Shown: piece by piece, positions 23,027-34,733 of the stretch
Layout of the letters: each line of letters starts with the position of its first letter
Numbering within the stretch: position 1 is the first letter of the stretch
From: Octopus sinensis
Lineage: Eukaryota
DNA: 64,000 bases
NCBI RefSeq assembly: GCF_006345805.1
Contig: NW_021835993.1
Location: 295,759-359,758 of the forward strand
Reading direction: 5' to 3'
Made by a program: the position numbers and the translations under genes
Notes under the pieces: model-generated
What the model saw: the letters and a program-made list of their open reading frames with translations, nothing else
Told to the model about the DNA's origin: nothing
Databases searched by the model: none

Positions 23027-24260
23027 TTTTTATTAAGTAATTACTTTAATTTTCTAATTAATGGGGAATAAGTTATACACGAATTAATAAAGAGCCTGGA
23101 GGTCAGCTCAAAGTCGCCGCACTGCGTATCGAGTGGCAGTTTCCGCGGAGCACTGCGACCGAGATTCGCTGGAAGAGCCAGCTCGTCACCCTCCGGTCGT
23201 TGGTCTTCTTGGCGATTCTCCTGGCAATGTCGGCAAGAAGGCGAGTCGCAGACCTGCCGACAATTCCAGATGTTTCGAAGGCGAGGGGGACAAACTCAGA
23301 TGTTTCGAAGTCCGAAATATTTCCATACTTCGACCTCTTAGCCTCCTCAGCCTGAGCACTGGCGGAACCCGGGTTACTGATGGACTTGAGTAACACCGAC
23401 GCGGAGAACGAGTCAACACAAGTTGCGTCCCAAATCAGGGACTTGCCTTCCCTGAAAGGGAAGGTAGTCATCCCGTCAGGACGCTTTCCATCACTCCGGC
23501 AGAGACCGACTGGCTCTAGAGTGGAGGGGAAACCTGCCGACTCTAGTGCCCTTTTCACGACGTCATTGAGGTGAGTGTGGCGAGGAATTCTGCCAGCACT
23601 CTTCTTGCACGAGAGGGCGTGCAAACCGTTCGGAGAGATCGTGGACCCGCACCGGCATGGGTGGGGCTGACAGATGTCCAGGCCCAAGCGTAAGCAGACA
23701 CCAATCCGTAAGGATTCGTCGTCCAAGAGATGTCCCGTACTAGGGGTAGGGAGTGCATTGAGCCAGTCTCCAGTATGCGGCTGGCAAGCGCAGTTGAGAG
23801 ATGCCAGTTGGACTTGGTCCAACTTTGACCGGAGTTTGCACAGAGTGTCTGAGCAAAAGACTTTGTCCCAGTTCTTTTGGACTGAAGGGATCGTCGGAAA
23901 AACCAGACCGAGTGACGACCAAATGCGCGAGGCTGATGAGAATTCGGAAAGCTCGTTGAGTTCGAGAGAGGGAAAAAGAACCGAGCAGACCGAATTCCTG
24001 GATGCTGAGGTCGAAGAGAGATAGCAAGGCAAGGCTAGGTCCTTGCAGAAGCGAATCCCGATCCCCCCGAAACGTATAGGTAGGCACGCACGGGTAAGAC
24101 CGACGCCAGTTAGTCTCGTGTTGAGATGGGATACCAGCGAGGTGAGGATAAGATTGTCGATTGCAAGTAAAGCATCGGGAGCCACGAAACAAGGCGAAGA
24201 ACGGAGGATGCATGTTAGCCTCGGGATAAAGAGGAAATTCCACAGCAAGAAAAAAGCCAT
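23027..24260 (-). mobile_element. 5'-truncated CRE-like retrotransposon with uninterrupted 385-aa ORF (RT C-terminus, CCHC, RLE)
   Basis: LPIRFGGIGI, CRCG..HALSC, DGKRPDG..WDATC, FETSG; poly(A) tail; 14-bp TSD GTAGCATTATTTTT (23013-23026, 24261-24274). Removal restores hAT KNNAT|HVSGESLIIP. Confidence 0.93.
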
Positions 24261-25071
24261 GTAGCATTATTTTTAGCAACAATATGGGCAATTTTGTAGG
24301 ATGCAAGTAACCCATCTATGAAATAGGTTAAAAGGAATACTTTTTCGCGCAAGAGCATGATGAGTATTAACTTTTGAAGAGTGGTAGGTTCATCAATCTT
24401 GTTTTTTATATTTTGAAAATATTCAAGCGAAGATCCGACTAGATTTGGATCTCTAGTCCTCAAATGGTGTATTAATCTTGATAATTTCATTGAACTATTG
24501 GCCAAAGAAATTTTGCAGATCATGCAAAAAGCCCTTGATTTGTTTCCACTGGAAGGGATAAATCCATATTTCAGATATTCTTTACGATAAATCCGAGGCG
24601 TACATGAATTACCACCAGACATGTGATTGACACGAGTATTTATAGGTATCAAATGATAATAATTAACCATCGTAATGTACTAATTACTGATAATAAAAAA
24701 ATATTAAAAAAAATAATACCATGTACCAATTTTTTTTTCCATGCACCATTCGAGTATTTTCCATGTACCAAAAATGGTGCACATGCACCACAGTTGAGAA
24801 TCACTGGTGTAGGCCATGGTAGCAATTCAATATTATTTACTTGAAAAAAGCGCCTTGCTATTGCCGAAGTATATTTCGGATCATTGTCTTGTTGGTAAAT
24901 ATGATCTTGATTTCGATTTTGTTCAGAAATGAGATAAGATTATGCATTAGTATGTTAACATACAAAGCTCCATCTATCTTCTCTTTTATCCAAACCAAAT
25001 TACTGAATCATTTATGTATATGGCACCCCATACGATAATATTTCCTTTACCGAATTTTTTTAATTAAATTA

Positions 25072-25145
25072 AAAAGTCGAGTGGTTTTTTATCTGCGATT
25101 AATCTCATTGGTCCTGGGTTCGATTCCAAGTGTCTGCCTCTGCCA
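25072..25145 (+). other. tRNA-derived (SINE-head-like) degenerate sequence
   Basis: A-box-like gtcgagtggtt and perfect B-box GGTTCGATTCC (25117-25127); no proper acceptor or anticodon stems. Confidence 0.35.
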
Positions 25146-25442
25146 CATTCCATGTAAAAAATAATACGAGAAACTGGGAATCTTATTTCTCTAAGACGTA
25201 TTCTTTGGATAACTCCTTGTACGGAAAATGACTGTTTCAAATATTTATTTATAGTCAAAAGGGACCTCGCCACATTTTTTTGCTTTTTATTTTTTTAAAT
25301 AAAAACTGGGTCCATTAAGCACTATGACATTTATTGTGGCTGGTTGTCAATTAGAGTTTTATGCTGTGGAATGACCTGCTTAGTCATATTATTGAAATCA
25401 CAGCATGAATTTTTGAACTTTAAAAAATATGATGGTTTAGAG

Positions 25443-26793
25443 CAGGGGTGTCAAACTCATTTCGCTTTGAGGGCCGCATTTTGTAACAATTTCGCTTCGA
25501 GGGCCGCATTTATAATAATTTCTCATTAAGGGAAGATTAGTTCTGATATTTATTATTAAGAGAAACTAAATTATTGAATTATCGCCCTTTAATTTTGGTG
25601 AGAGCTGCTTCCAGAGGATTGACATCTTTTTTTAGATACAATTTTTGATATGTCAGGCTGAACTATTCGTGTAGTTCCGACTTTTATTAAAGAGGATAAA
25701 TGTTCATCAGTTAGTCTTGTTCTTTGAGCAGTTTTTGTCATTTTCATAACTGAAAAAAGCTGATCACACACAAATGTCGAACCAAACATAGCAATGATTT
25801 TTGTCGCAAACTTTCGAAGATATGAAAAGAAAGCAGGTATTCCAACCTCCAAATATTTAGCTTTAAGTATAGAATCTGATTGTATTTCCAATAGTTCCAT
25901 TTGTAAACTTTCATCTACATTGGAAACATTAAAAGAGAATGGTGATGCGAATAATGAAAATTGTTGTTCAAAAGACGAAAAATCATTAAATCTTTCTTGA
26001 AATTCCTTTAACAACGATTCTAGTTGTTTTTCATACTGAGAAAAATTCATTACATTATTTGCATCAACAGTACTCCTGAGCTCTTTGCACGTAGGAAAAT
26101 AAGATAAATCTTCATTTAATAGCTGAAACTTTCATAATTTTATTTTCGAAATAAAAAACTTGATATGATCTGACAACTAAGTTATGAGCTTGTCTTTGCC
26201 CTGCAATTCTAAATTAAGGTCGTTCATATGTGTGGTAATATCCACTGCAAATGCCAAATGTTTGATCCAAGATTGACTTTTCATTTCGTCTGTGTTTTGC
26301 CCTTTCATCTCCATAAATAAAATTATTTAAATCTTTTAACAACTTTGTGAAGAGTTTGTAACGCAGATAAATTTTTCGCAATTCATTTAGCATTGAAACA
26401 CGCATTGGACCTTCTTGGTTAATAAGCAACTTAATACCTTCGAAATAATTGTATGATAGATGATTAGATTGATAATGCCTCTTTAGGTTGTATTCTTTCG
26501 GTATAGCGATAAACTTGTTACATATCAAACAATGTATTTTTCCATCAACCATTGTGCAAAAATAGAAAAGTTCCCATTTATCTTGAAACACTCTCCGTTC
26601 ATCTTTCAAAGAGCGTTTCTTTTTTATTCAAGAAGAAGCACGTGACATTAACAAACACGATTTAAAAATACAATTAAAAATTTTAATTAAATGTAAAAAA
26701 ATAAAAAATAATTTTTTGCATTTTATAGCCATTAAATCAGACCGCACTTATGTTTGGCAAAGTACGCTGAGGGCCGCATGTTTGACACCCCTG
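25443..26793 (-). mobile_element. Non-autonomous hAT (SPIN/GTF2IRD2-like) deletion derivative
   Basis: TIR CAGGGGTGTCAAAC..GTTTGACACCCCTG; perfect TSD GTTTAGAG; RVFQDKWELFYF..CLIC..KEYNLKRHY; MFGSTFVCDQLFSVMK..RTRLTDEHL. Confidence 0.93.
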
Positions 26794-26914
26794 GTTTAGA
26801 GAAACCAATCAGCAGTTTAATATGTCGTGATCCATCCTTCCGACCGGAGTGAATTCAATTTTTCTTGACGTGCCAATTTCATTAATTTGATGAAAGCTAA
26901 TAAAAATTAATATT

Positions 26915-27420
26915 TATTATAGCAATGTGGTTAACATTTAGCCACGCAATGCGGGAGTATTCTGTACAATGATTATACATGGAAGCATAACGAGGTGGTG
27001 AGGTCCCTCTATTTTTTTCTTTGTAATAAGTATGGGTTGAGGTGGTCCAGAAATCGGTTTGTGAGAACTCAAAGGTGTGTATTAAGGTGGATACCTCAAT
27101 ATCCACTTCGATTGTTGTCCAGCACAACAAACCCGATATCGTGCTTCACGATAAGGTCACCTGGGAGATTGTTTTCGTGGAGGTGGACATTACGCGCTTA
27201 TGAAGTTTGGAGACAATGGAAGGAAAGGATGAAATATAACTTTATTGCAAACGAGCCAGGGCTAATGCACCAGTTTAAAGTCCATGTCGTTCCGAATACC
27301 ACAAGGAGTAAATAAAATAGTTAGGTTTAGCTAAGTATTTACAGGCTTATATGCAGCCAACTGTTCTTAAGAGGACCAAGGAGAGTCTTTTTTGGCATTT
27401 AGTCAGCGAGAGGCGCTGAA
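26915..27420 (+). mobile_element. R4/Dong-like retrotransposon remnant (zinc knuckle + RLE)
   Basis: HLATQCGSILYNDYTWKHNEVVR..LCNKYG; QHNKPDIVLHDKVTWEIVFVEVDIT; QAYMQPTVLKRT. Confidence 0.8.
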
Positions 27421-27845
27421 CTACATTTAAAAAATCTAAAGAGTCAGAAAAGTGAGAGAGGTGTGGAATTCAATCTTTTGTTCACTTTGAAGGCTCGGAA
27501 ATTAGTTTTTTTATCAAACAAAAGTAAATTTAGAAAAAAAGAGCACGGTCAAAAGGCATTTCCAGTTGCATGCAGGATGAAGTATGCATTGCCGCAAACG
27601 ACAGCTATTCCAATTTGTTGGAACAACTGTAACACTTCCAAAAAACTTATAACAACAAAAACAATAAGCGCGATGCAAAATTAGAGGAACTTAGGTAACT
27701 GAGGTTTCGCGTGTGCCAGCCGCACAAAGAGAACCTTTCATTAGAAAACAAGAGCCGATACTAAACCACTCAGCTCCCGAGAACTTATTAGGCAAATAAT
27801 TAGTATCTTTTTATTAATAAAGTTAATTTTGTGATTTTTAAGAGT

Positions 27846-29461
27846 TTATAGCTCTGAAATTTGATTATCCTCGGGTTTTTGAATTGCCCATTCTTGAATT
27901 GTTGCACCTGCGTAAACAAGGTAAACAATCAATCCGACAAGATGTATTCCCAGCATTAATAAAAATACATTTTGCCATTCCCGTGGATTATGCTATAACG
28001 ATTTTATAAAAAAAATTGTCACTTACAGTATCTGAAACGAATTGATACGATGTCTGAATTGCAATGAGACCAGAAATTGCTCCCACAGTATTGCCGACTC
28101 CAGAAATGATGCCATAATATTGAGGAGCAATATCCCCAATATTACCCATCGTTACTGGAACAAAAGTCCCTGAGAAAAAACAAGCAAGGATAATCAGAAA
28201 GACTCCGTAATAGTATTTATTAGGATGAATAAGTGTTGCAAATAACAATAATATGCTCACGGGTAACAGGGCTGTGTCAATTGTATAAAATGCATCAAAC
28301 CAATAGTAGCAGCAATTTTTCTTGTTCTTAATTTAGAAATCGAATATTTTTTTTGAAAAAAGTCGGACATCATACAAGCAATAGTTCCTCCAATCCATGT
28401 TACCAAAGGAATCGTGAAAGTAATATAAGTTTGCTTTAATACAACAAAAATTAGTTACATTTTTGATACTAATGTAATACAAATCCTTCATCATTGAAGG
28501 GGCAATTGTCACAATAAGAAAGAAGCTCCAACCGAACGAAAAAGCAAAAAACATAAGTGCTATCAAAGGAATAGACTTTACCATCTTCATTACTGGTATT
28601 TTCTAGTTGTTTATAAATGATTTAGAAAACTTTGATGTTTGTGACCTGCTTTCTTTCGACATTTATTGCCAAAAAGAATTTTTCATCACTCGTGCTCCAT
28701 CTGTGGGTTTTAGGGTCATCGCTAGCAAATATTATCCATAAAATGATCCAGATAACTCCAATAATTCCTAAAATAAGCATTTTATTAACTCGCCTAATAT
28801 ATAAAAAGATATTCTCCACAATGCCACGTTTTTTGCAAGTCCGGAAGCAAGAAACAAAGAAAGAATAGTACCAAAATACGTCCCTACATAATTGAAAATC
28901 TATAACTGACCAGGAAACATTAGTCCTATAGCAGAAACTCTGTATTCTGGAGGAAACCAATTAGCAGCAATTATCAGAAAACAAGGAAAAAATACTCCCT
29001 GACATACTGTAATCTATTCAACCTGTACGGCTCCTGTTAATATTCTGATTACTACAAGAACATATGGTGATGCATCAAAGGCGGCTGGAGTTGCGAATGT
29101 CAAGGCAGAAGATACAGATATCGATAAAAGCAGAATGATTTTTGGACCGTATTTTTCTGCTGCGACACCGCCAATGATTTGTGTAAAACAATATCCGGCG
29201 TAAAATGACATTAAGACTACAGCTTTTTGAAAGTTAGTCCATTCAAATATCTAAATTGACCATGAATTTATTCAACATTTTTTTCAGATGCATTTATTGA
29301 CACTATTTGTGCGACAACAACGTTAATGTTTTGCCGTTGCATATACGTCACTGCAAGGCACCAGAATGTGCCAATTCCCATAATTATTCTTCCCCGGATG
29401 GATATCTTGTCTAAATGGATATTATTTACTTAATCATACTTTTTGACAATGATGATTCCAT
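27846..29461 (-). CDS. SLC17-family (sialin/VGLUT-like) MFS anion transporter, multi-exon
   Basis: YMQRQNINVVV, FEWTNFQKAVVLMSFYAGYCFTQIIGGVAAEKYGPK, WFPPE, DDPKTHRW, DIAPQYYGIISGVGNT, IQEWA. Micro-introns include one GC-AG (28768-28793). Confidence 0.9.
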
Positions 29462-29571
29462 TTGATTATTTTATGATTTCTTCGTTCTATTTAAATGCTC
29501 AATTGTGGTTTAATTGTTTAGCGTGGTTTCGAAAAATCAGCTTCATTAATTTCATTTTTCGTTTGTCAACT

Positions 29572-29690
29572 TTAAGGTGTATACCACAATACCCACTTTG
29601 ATTGTTGTCTAGCACAAGAAATCCGAGTGGTTTACGATAAGGTCACCGGGGAGATTATTATCTTGAAGTGAGCATCACATGGCCAGATTG
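29572..29690 (+). mobile_element. Small R4/Dong-like RLE fragment
   Basis: Nucleotide similarity to 27080-27190 (gataaggtcacc.gggagatt; DKVTGEIIILEVSITWPD). Confidence 0.55.
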
Positions 29691-29762
29691 TATAATCTCA
29701 TAGTAAATAAATTTATTTCTGCTAGATAATAGGTTAGTTTCTGGTATTAAAGTACACTAGAG

Positions 29763-30802
<1,040 letters not shown>

Positions 30803-32003
30803 CACTAGAGTGTAAAAAAAGGCTTCGTGGAATTTGAGATGTCTGGCGACGATTTTGGTTACCCTTCTTGGGAATAATTGTTAACTTATTTTCGGTTTAG
30901 CATAATTGCCTCTCAGAGAAATGAGCTTCGGGAATCATGGCTTTAGAAAAGAATTTTGATTGGAATTTTTTGCGAAAACAGCCAAACAATCCACTCTACA
31001 TGCAAATTTCATAATTTATTCTTCAAGAACAAGAGAGTAAGTAACTATTAATTCTAATTAATTCGAAACTGCCATTTCATACGCAGCGCTACGTCAAAGA
31101 GCTGACCCGTAGGCTCTTGACAAACACCTTTTAGTCGTAGTTAGTCGATTTTGAATATTGTATTTTGTTAATGTTAAAAAATTTGGATGTTCATTAATTT
31201 TAAAAAACCTTGCAGTTCTGTCAACTTGACTAAACCTTAAAAGCTTTAAATTCTTTAATTTACAAATTTCGCATAATTTCTCAAATCTTAATACACTCAA
31301 CCCTTAAAATTGACTACATTTTATTAGGTATATAATTCAAAATGAAAAGATTATTTGATTAGTTTTATTATTGGGAGATATCCAGAGCATTAATTCTGAA
31401 TATACCCAGGGAGACTCGCTCGGCCAGATACCATTGCTCGGATGGGTAATCATCTCCATAAGTGACCCCTTGTGTTGGAGCAGGCTTCAAGTGGAAGGTT
31501 CCTGTATTCCAGACGTCTTGACTGCCAGGAGGAGAAAAACTTCGCCATTCTCAACATCATCATATTTCCCAAATTTCTTCTCTCTGGCCCGTTCAGATGA
31601 GGGTCCAGGGTTTTTGAGTGATCACGTATGTTCTGGGCGGAAAAGGAGTTGACGTACGTGACTTCCCAAACCAGACACTTTTCCATTTGAATGAAACAAA
31701 TTATTGTCGAGAGGCAACCAGATATCTCACAATGGTAAGAGTTTAGCCAAGCACCGCTCAAGGACTGGCTACTCATTTTTAATCATGTTAGTTGCCTGGT
31801 TCCATGCGTTAATTCAATTCTTTGTACGGTTTGGTGTAGATTCGAGATGTCCATTGCGATTGCAGAATTGCATTCAATAGGCAGTCTTAGTTTTTCCCAA
31901 GTGGCAAAACAATCATTCATACCAAACGACAAAAATCTTCTAAGCTAATAATATGTATATTTCTTTGCTAAGCAGAGTAACATCTTTTCGGGAACATTTA
32001 GAT

Positions 32004-32220
32004 ATGTGGTTCTCAAACCGGGATACGTAAGATTCAGTAGAGGGTACCCAATAAAATTTGAAAATTTATATGATTAATAAACAACGTTGATTAACAAAAT
32101 GTCATCGATCTCATTAATTAAAAAACTTTTCTTCTTAATTGTTTAAAATTCAATAATGGTTACGAGAAAAATTATTTAGACGCCAGAAGTACGTGAAACA
32201 AAAAAGTTTGAGAACCACTT
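32004..32220. mobile_element. hAT-type MITE (~217 bp)
   Basis: Inverted termini gtggttctcaaac / gtttgagaaccac; TSD ATTTAGAT/ATTTAAAT (7/8). Confidence 0.8.
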
Positions 32221-32377
32221 ATTTAAATGGTAGATGCCTTGGAAATGTCCAAGTAATCGAATGACAAAGTTTCTTCGAAATCAATTGCCTTCTGAATTGT
32301 TGATTTTAGACTATAGACTACAGCTCCGTCCTATTCGAAAGTCTCATTGGTGATGCATAAACACATTTTCTCTTCTA

Positions 32378-33426
32378 TACCATTTACAAGTCAATTTTGC
32401 AGCTGAGAACATCATTTTTGCAATCTGGAAATTAAATTTGCAGTAAAGAATGTCAATTTCAGTCAAGAATTGCGGTTAGGAAAATCATTTTTGCAATCAA
32501 GAAATTAAATTTGCGGTCATGAAAACCAATTTTGCAAGTGAGAAATTCTATTTTGCAAGAAATTTTTATTACAAAAAAGAATGAAATGATTTATTAATGA
32601 ATACAAAAAAAAGAAGTCGGTCATGTGTTCGAAAGTCTCATGGGCGGGAAGCCGACGCGATCGAGAAAGAATTAGAGCGTACTATCGCAAGGGATATCCG
32701 CTCAAAAAACCATTTTGATTCGCGGGCGTCGCCTGTGATAGCAAACATGCGGGACCCGATCTCCTGAACGAAGCTGATTGCCTTACTCCCCAAGGAACCG
32801 AATAATTGAATTGTCAGTTAAATCTTCACATCGAATAATTGAGGGGTAATATCTCTCCATGGAATTAGTACTTCTTTTGCCTCAATTGCAATCCTCAATT
32901 GAAGTAATTCAATTTTTTTATTTTTAATCCAATAATATGCGGTCCTTTCTTTCACTCCCAGAGACCTGCATAAAGAGCGCCAATCTCTATCGTGTGTGTC
33001 TATGATCAATTTCCGTTTTTCCATTGAATATTTTCCGTAATGTCCTCTTCCTTGTCTGTTTATGCAAATGTCTTCTGTACCATTTTCTTGTGAATTTTCG
33101 AAGGCTTCTCAATTTTGTTTAATTTTAAACGCAAAAATACTTCATATATATTGTTTAAACGCATTAATGTTGCGTCAAGGTTATAAAAAATGAATTTGCA
33201 AAATTGAATTTCCTGCTAACTAAAGTAATATTCCTACTTGCAAAATTGATTTTCCTAGCCGCAAATTTAATTTCCCACTTGCAAAACCGATTTTCATGAC
33301 CGCAAATTAATTTTCTTGATTCCAAAATTGACTTTCTTAACCGCAAAAATCATTTCTTACTTGCATAAATGAGTTTACCTACCGCAAATTAAATTTCGTA
33401 TTTGCAAAATAGAGTTGTAAATGGTA
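32378..33426 (-). mobile_element. Tc1/IS630-like element with inverted subterminal ~21-bp repeat arrays
   Basis: TA|TACCATTTACAA..TTGTAAATGGTA|TA; degenerate ttttgc(a/g) 21-mers at 32390-32560 mirrored at 33195-33410; HTH-like GRGHYGKYSMEKRKLII..DWRSLCRSLGVKERTAYYWIK. Confidence 0.75.
32642..32800 (-). mobile_element. CRE-like 3' fragment nested in the Tc1-like element
   Basis: Reverse-complement near-identical to ~21101-21256. Confidence 0.8.
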
Positions 33427-33932
33427 TAGTTGATTCGTTTTGTCATAATTTTTTCTACAAGTCTCTAAATTACTGGCAACAGGATGGAAACTGCTGGGCA
33501 GAATAGGTTTTAAAGGTTCATTAATCATTCTAACTTCTAAGAAGTTTTAAAAATTTAGAGATAGCCGGAGGCTTTTCAAAAGAAGTGACCGAAGCTCAAG
33601 TTCATATTCTGCCAGGCTGTCTTTATCCGAACACTCGGGTAGGTTTATCTCGTGATTCGAAGGTGATCATCCGATAATGCCTGGATTGTGGAGTCAGACG
33701 TACTCTTTGAGAGCATCGACATCCACGGATTCATCAGAGAAAAATTCAACTTTATATATGTTACGCGATGTTTCTGTGAAACAATGACCATGTAGTATTC
33801 GTGATACTAAACTATAGTGGTATTTTATGAAAATTTGGATTTTGTGTTATATATCGATTAAATACTATTAATAAAAAAATTGTATTTATCAATAAAAAAA
33901 TTAAAATACATTTGTTTTGTTAGACCAAAATA

Positions 33933-34471
33933 ATGGATGAAAGCTCCCCAGCTGCGGTGAGATGATTAAGATCATTTAAAGAAACGATTATACAAGGAGT
34001 TGAGATCTCTCATGGATAATCCAATTGAGGGACTGGACTTGAACATTAATGAGATTTGGAACAACATCAACTGTTGGACTGTAAATATAACTGGATCCAT
34101 CAACACAATTTATGCCACTGAAAATTTTATTCTAAGATTAAATTTCAACGAGAGTTACCCGTTTAAACCACCACTGGTAATGTTTATTCCTCCACACGTG
34201 CCTGTTCATCCACACGTCTACAGCAACGGACATATTTGTCTCTCTATTCTGACAGAGGACTGGTCTCCGGCACTTACCGTGTCTTCGATTTGTCTGAGTA
34301 TTTTGTCAATGCTGAGTTCATGTCAAACTAAGGTCGTTGCCTTGTTTACTGATTCCAGGAAGCCCCATTCGACAACTCATTTTATGTCCGCTCTTGTAAC
34401 AGGGATCCCAGGGCTACCAGGTGGGACTTTCACGGTAAACTGTTTTCTAATCTTTAGACGACCGTGTTTGA
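33933..34471 (+). CDS. UBE2W: Ubiquitin-conjugating enzyme E2 W, 4 exons
   Basis: MDESSPAA|KRLYKEL..HPHVYSNGHICLSILTEDWSPALTVSSICLSILSMLSSCQTK|EAPFDNSFYVRSCNRDPRATRWDFH|DDRV*; introns 33957-33981 (25 nt), 34333-34358 (26 nt), 34435-34457 (23 nt). Confidence 0.96.
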
Positions 34472-34733
34472 GTCACGTTTTCAGTTTCTCTTACATTTTA
34501 ATATATTGATTCAGTTTTTCTTGTTACTGCTAGGTTTCACGTAATACTCAGGACAGATTGTAGTTCATTATATACTGAGCATTACTGTGGTGGCATGTAT
34601 CTGTTTTTACCACATCGGAAACTGAAGGCTCTTTTATGGTAGAAAACTTGCTGAATGTGGACTTTTGGGACCTTAAACAATACGATGCCTCTAAAACAGA
34701 GGAATTGATTGTATAAATCCAGAAACTTTAGAT

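Larger units (their letters stand above)
21858..24806 (-). mobile_element. Non-autonomous hAT (Buster/SCAND3-like) carrying two CRE insertions and micro-introns
   Basis: TIR CAGTGATTCTCAAC..GTTGAGAATCACTG; perfect TSD GTGTAGGC (21850-21857, 24807-24814); BED RIYRKEYLKYGF..CMIC; LNEISLKLQG; FPTAYLVESGFS. Confidence 0.93.
21446..25275 (-). mobile_element. Degenerate Tc1-like transposon, split by a hAT insertion
   Basis: IIVWGAI..YQQDNDPKYTS..IELLPWPT|[hAT]|QSPDFNPI (Tc1 WPxxSPDLNPIE motif rejoined across the hAT TSD). TA+CAGT end at 21444-21449 with repeated aaaaactgaaca; the other end was not found. Confidence 0.75.
31370..33790 (-). mobile_element. Old CR1/L2-like LINE remnant interrupted by a hAT MITE and a Tc1-like element
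   Basis: Rejoined pieces give KLVEKIMTKRIN|..HHQ..FR..RSC..LDISKA|NVPEKMLL (RT domains) and TYVNSF..IRD near the 3' end; heavily frameshifted. Confidence 0.55.

Noticed and set aside
27695-27780. tRNA-like sequence on the minus strand (gctgagtggtttag..ggttc)
   Set aside because: No proper B-box or cloverleaf.
34510-34733. Possible small minus-strand gene disrupted by the hAT at 34734
   Set aside because: Could not build a consistent spliced ORF across the empty site.
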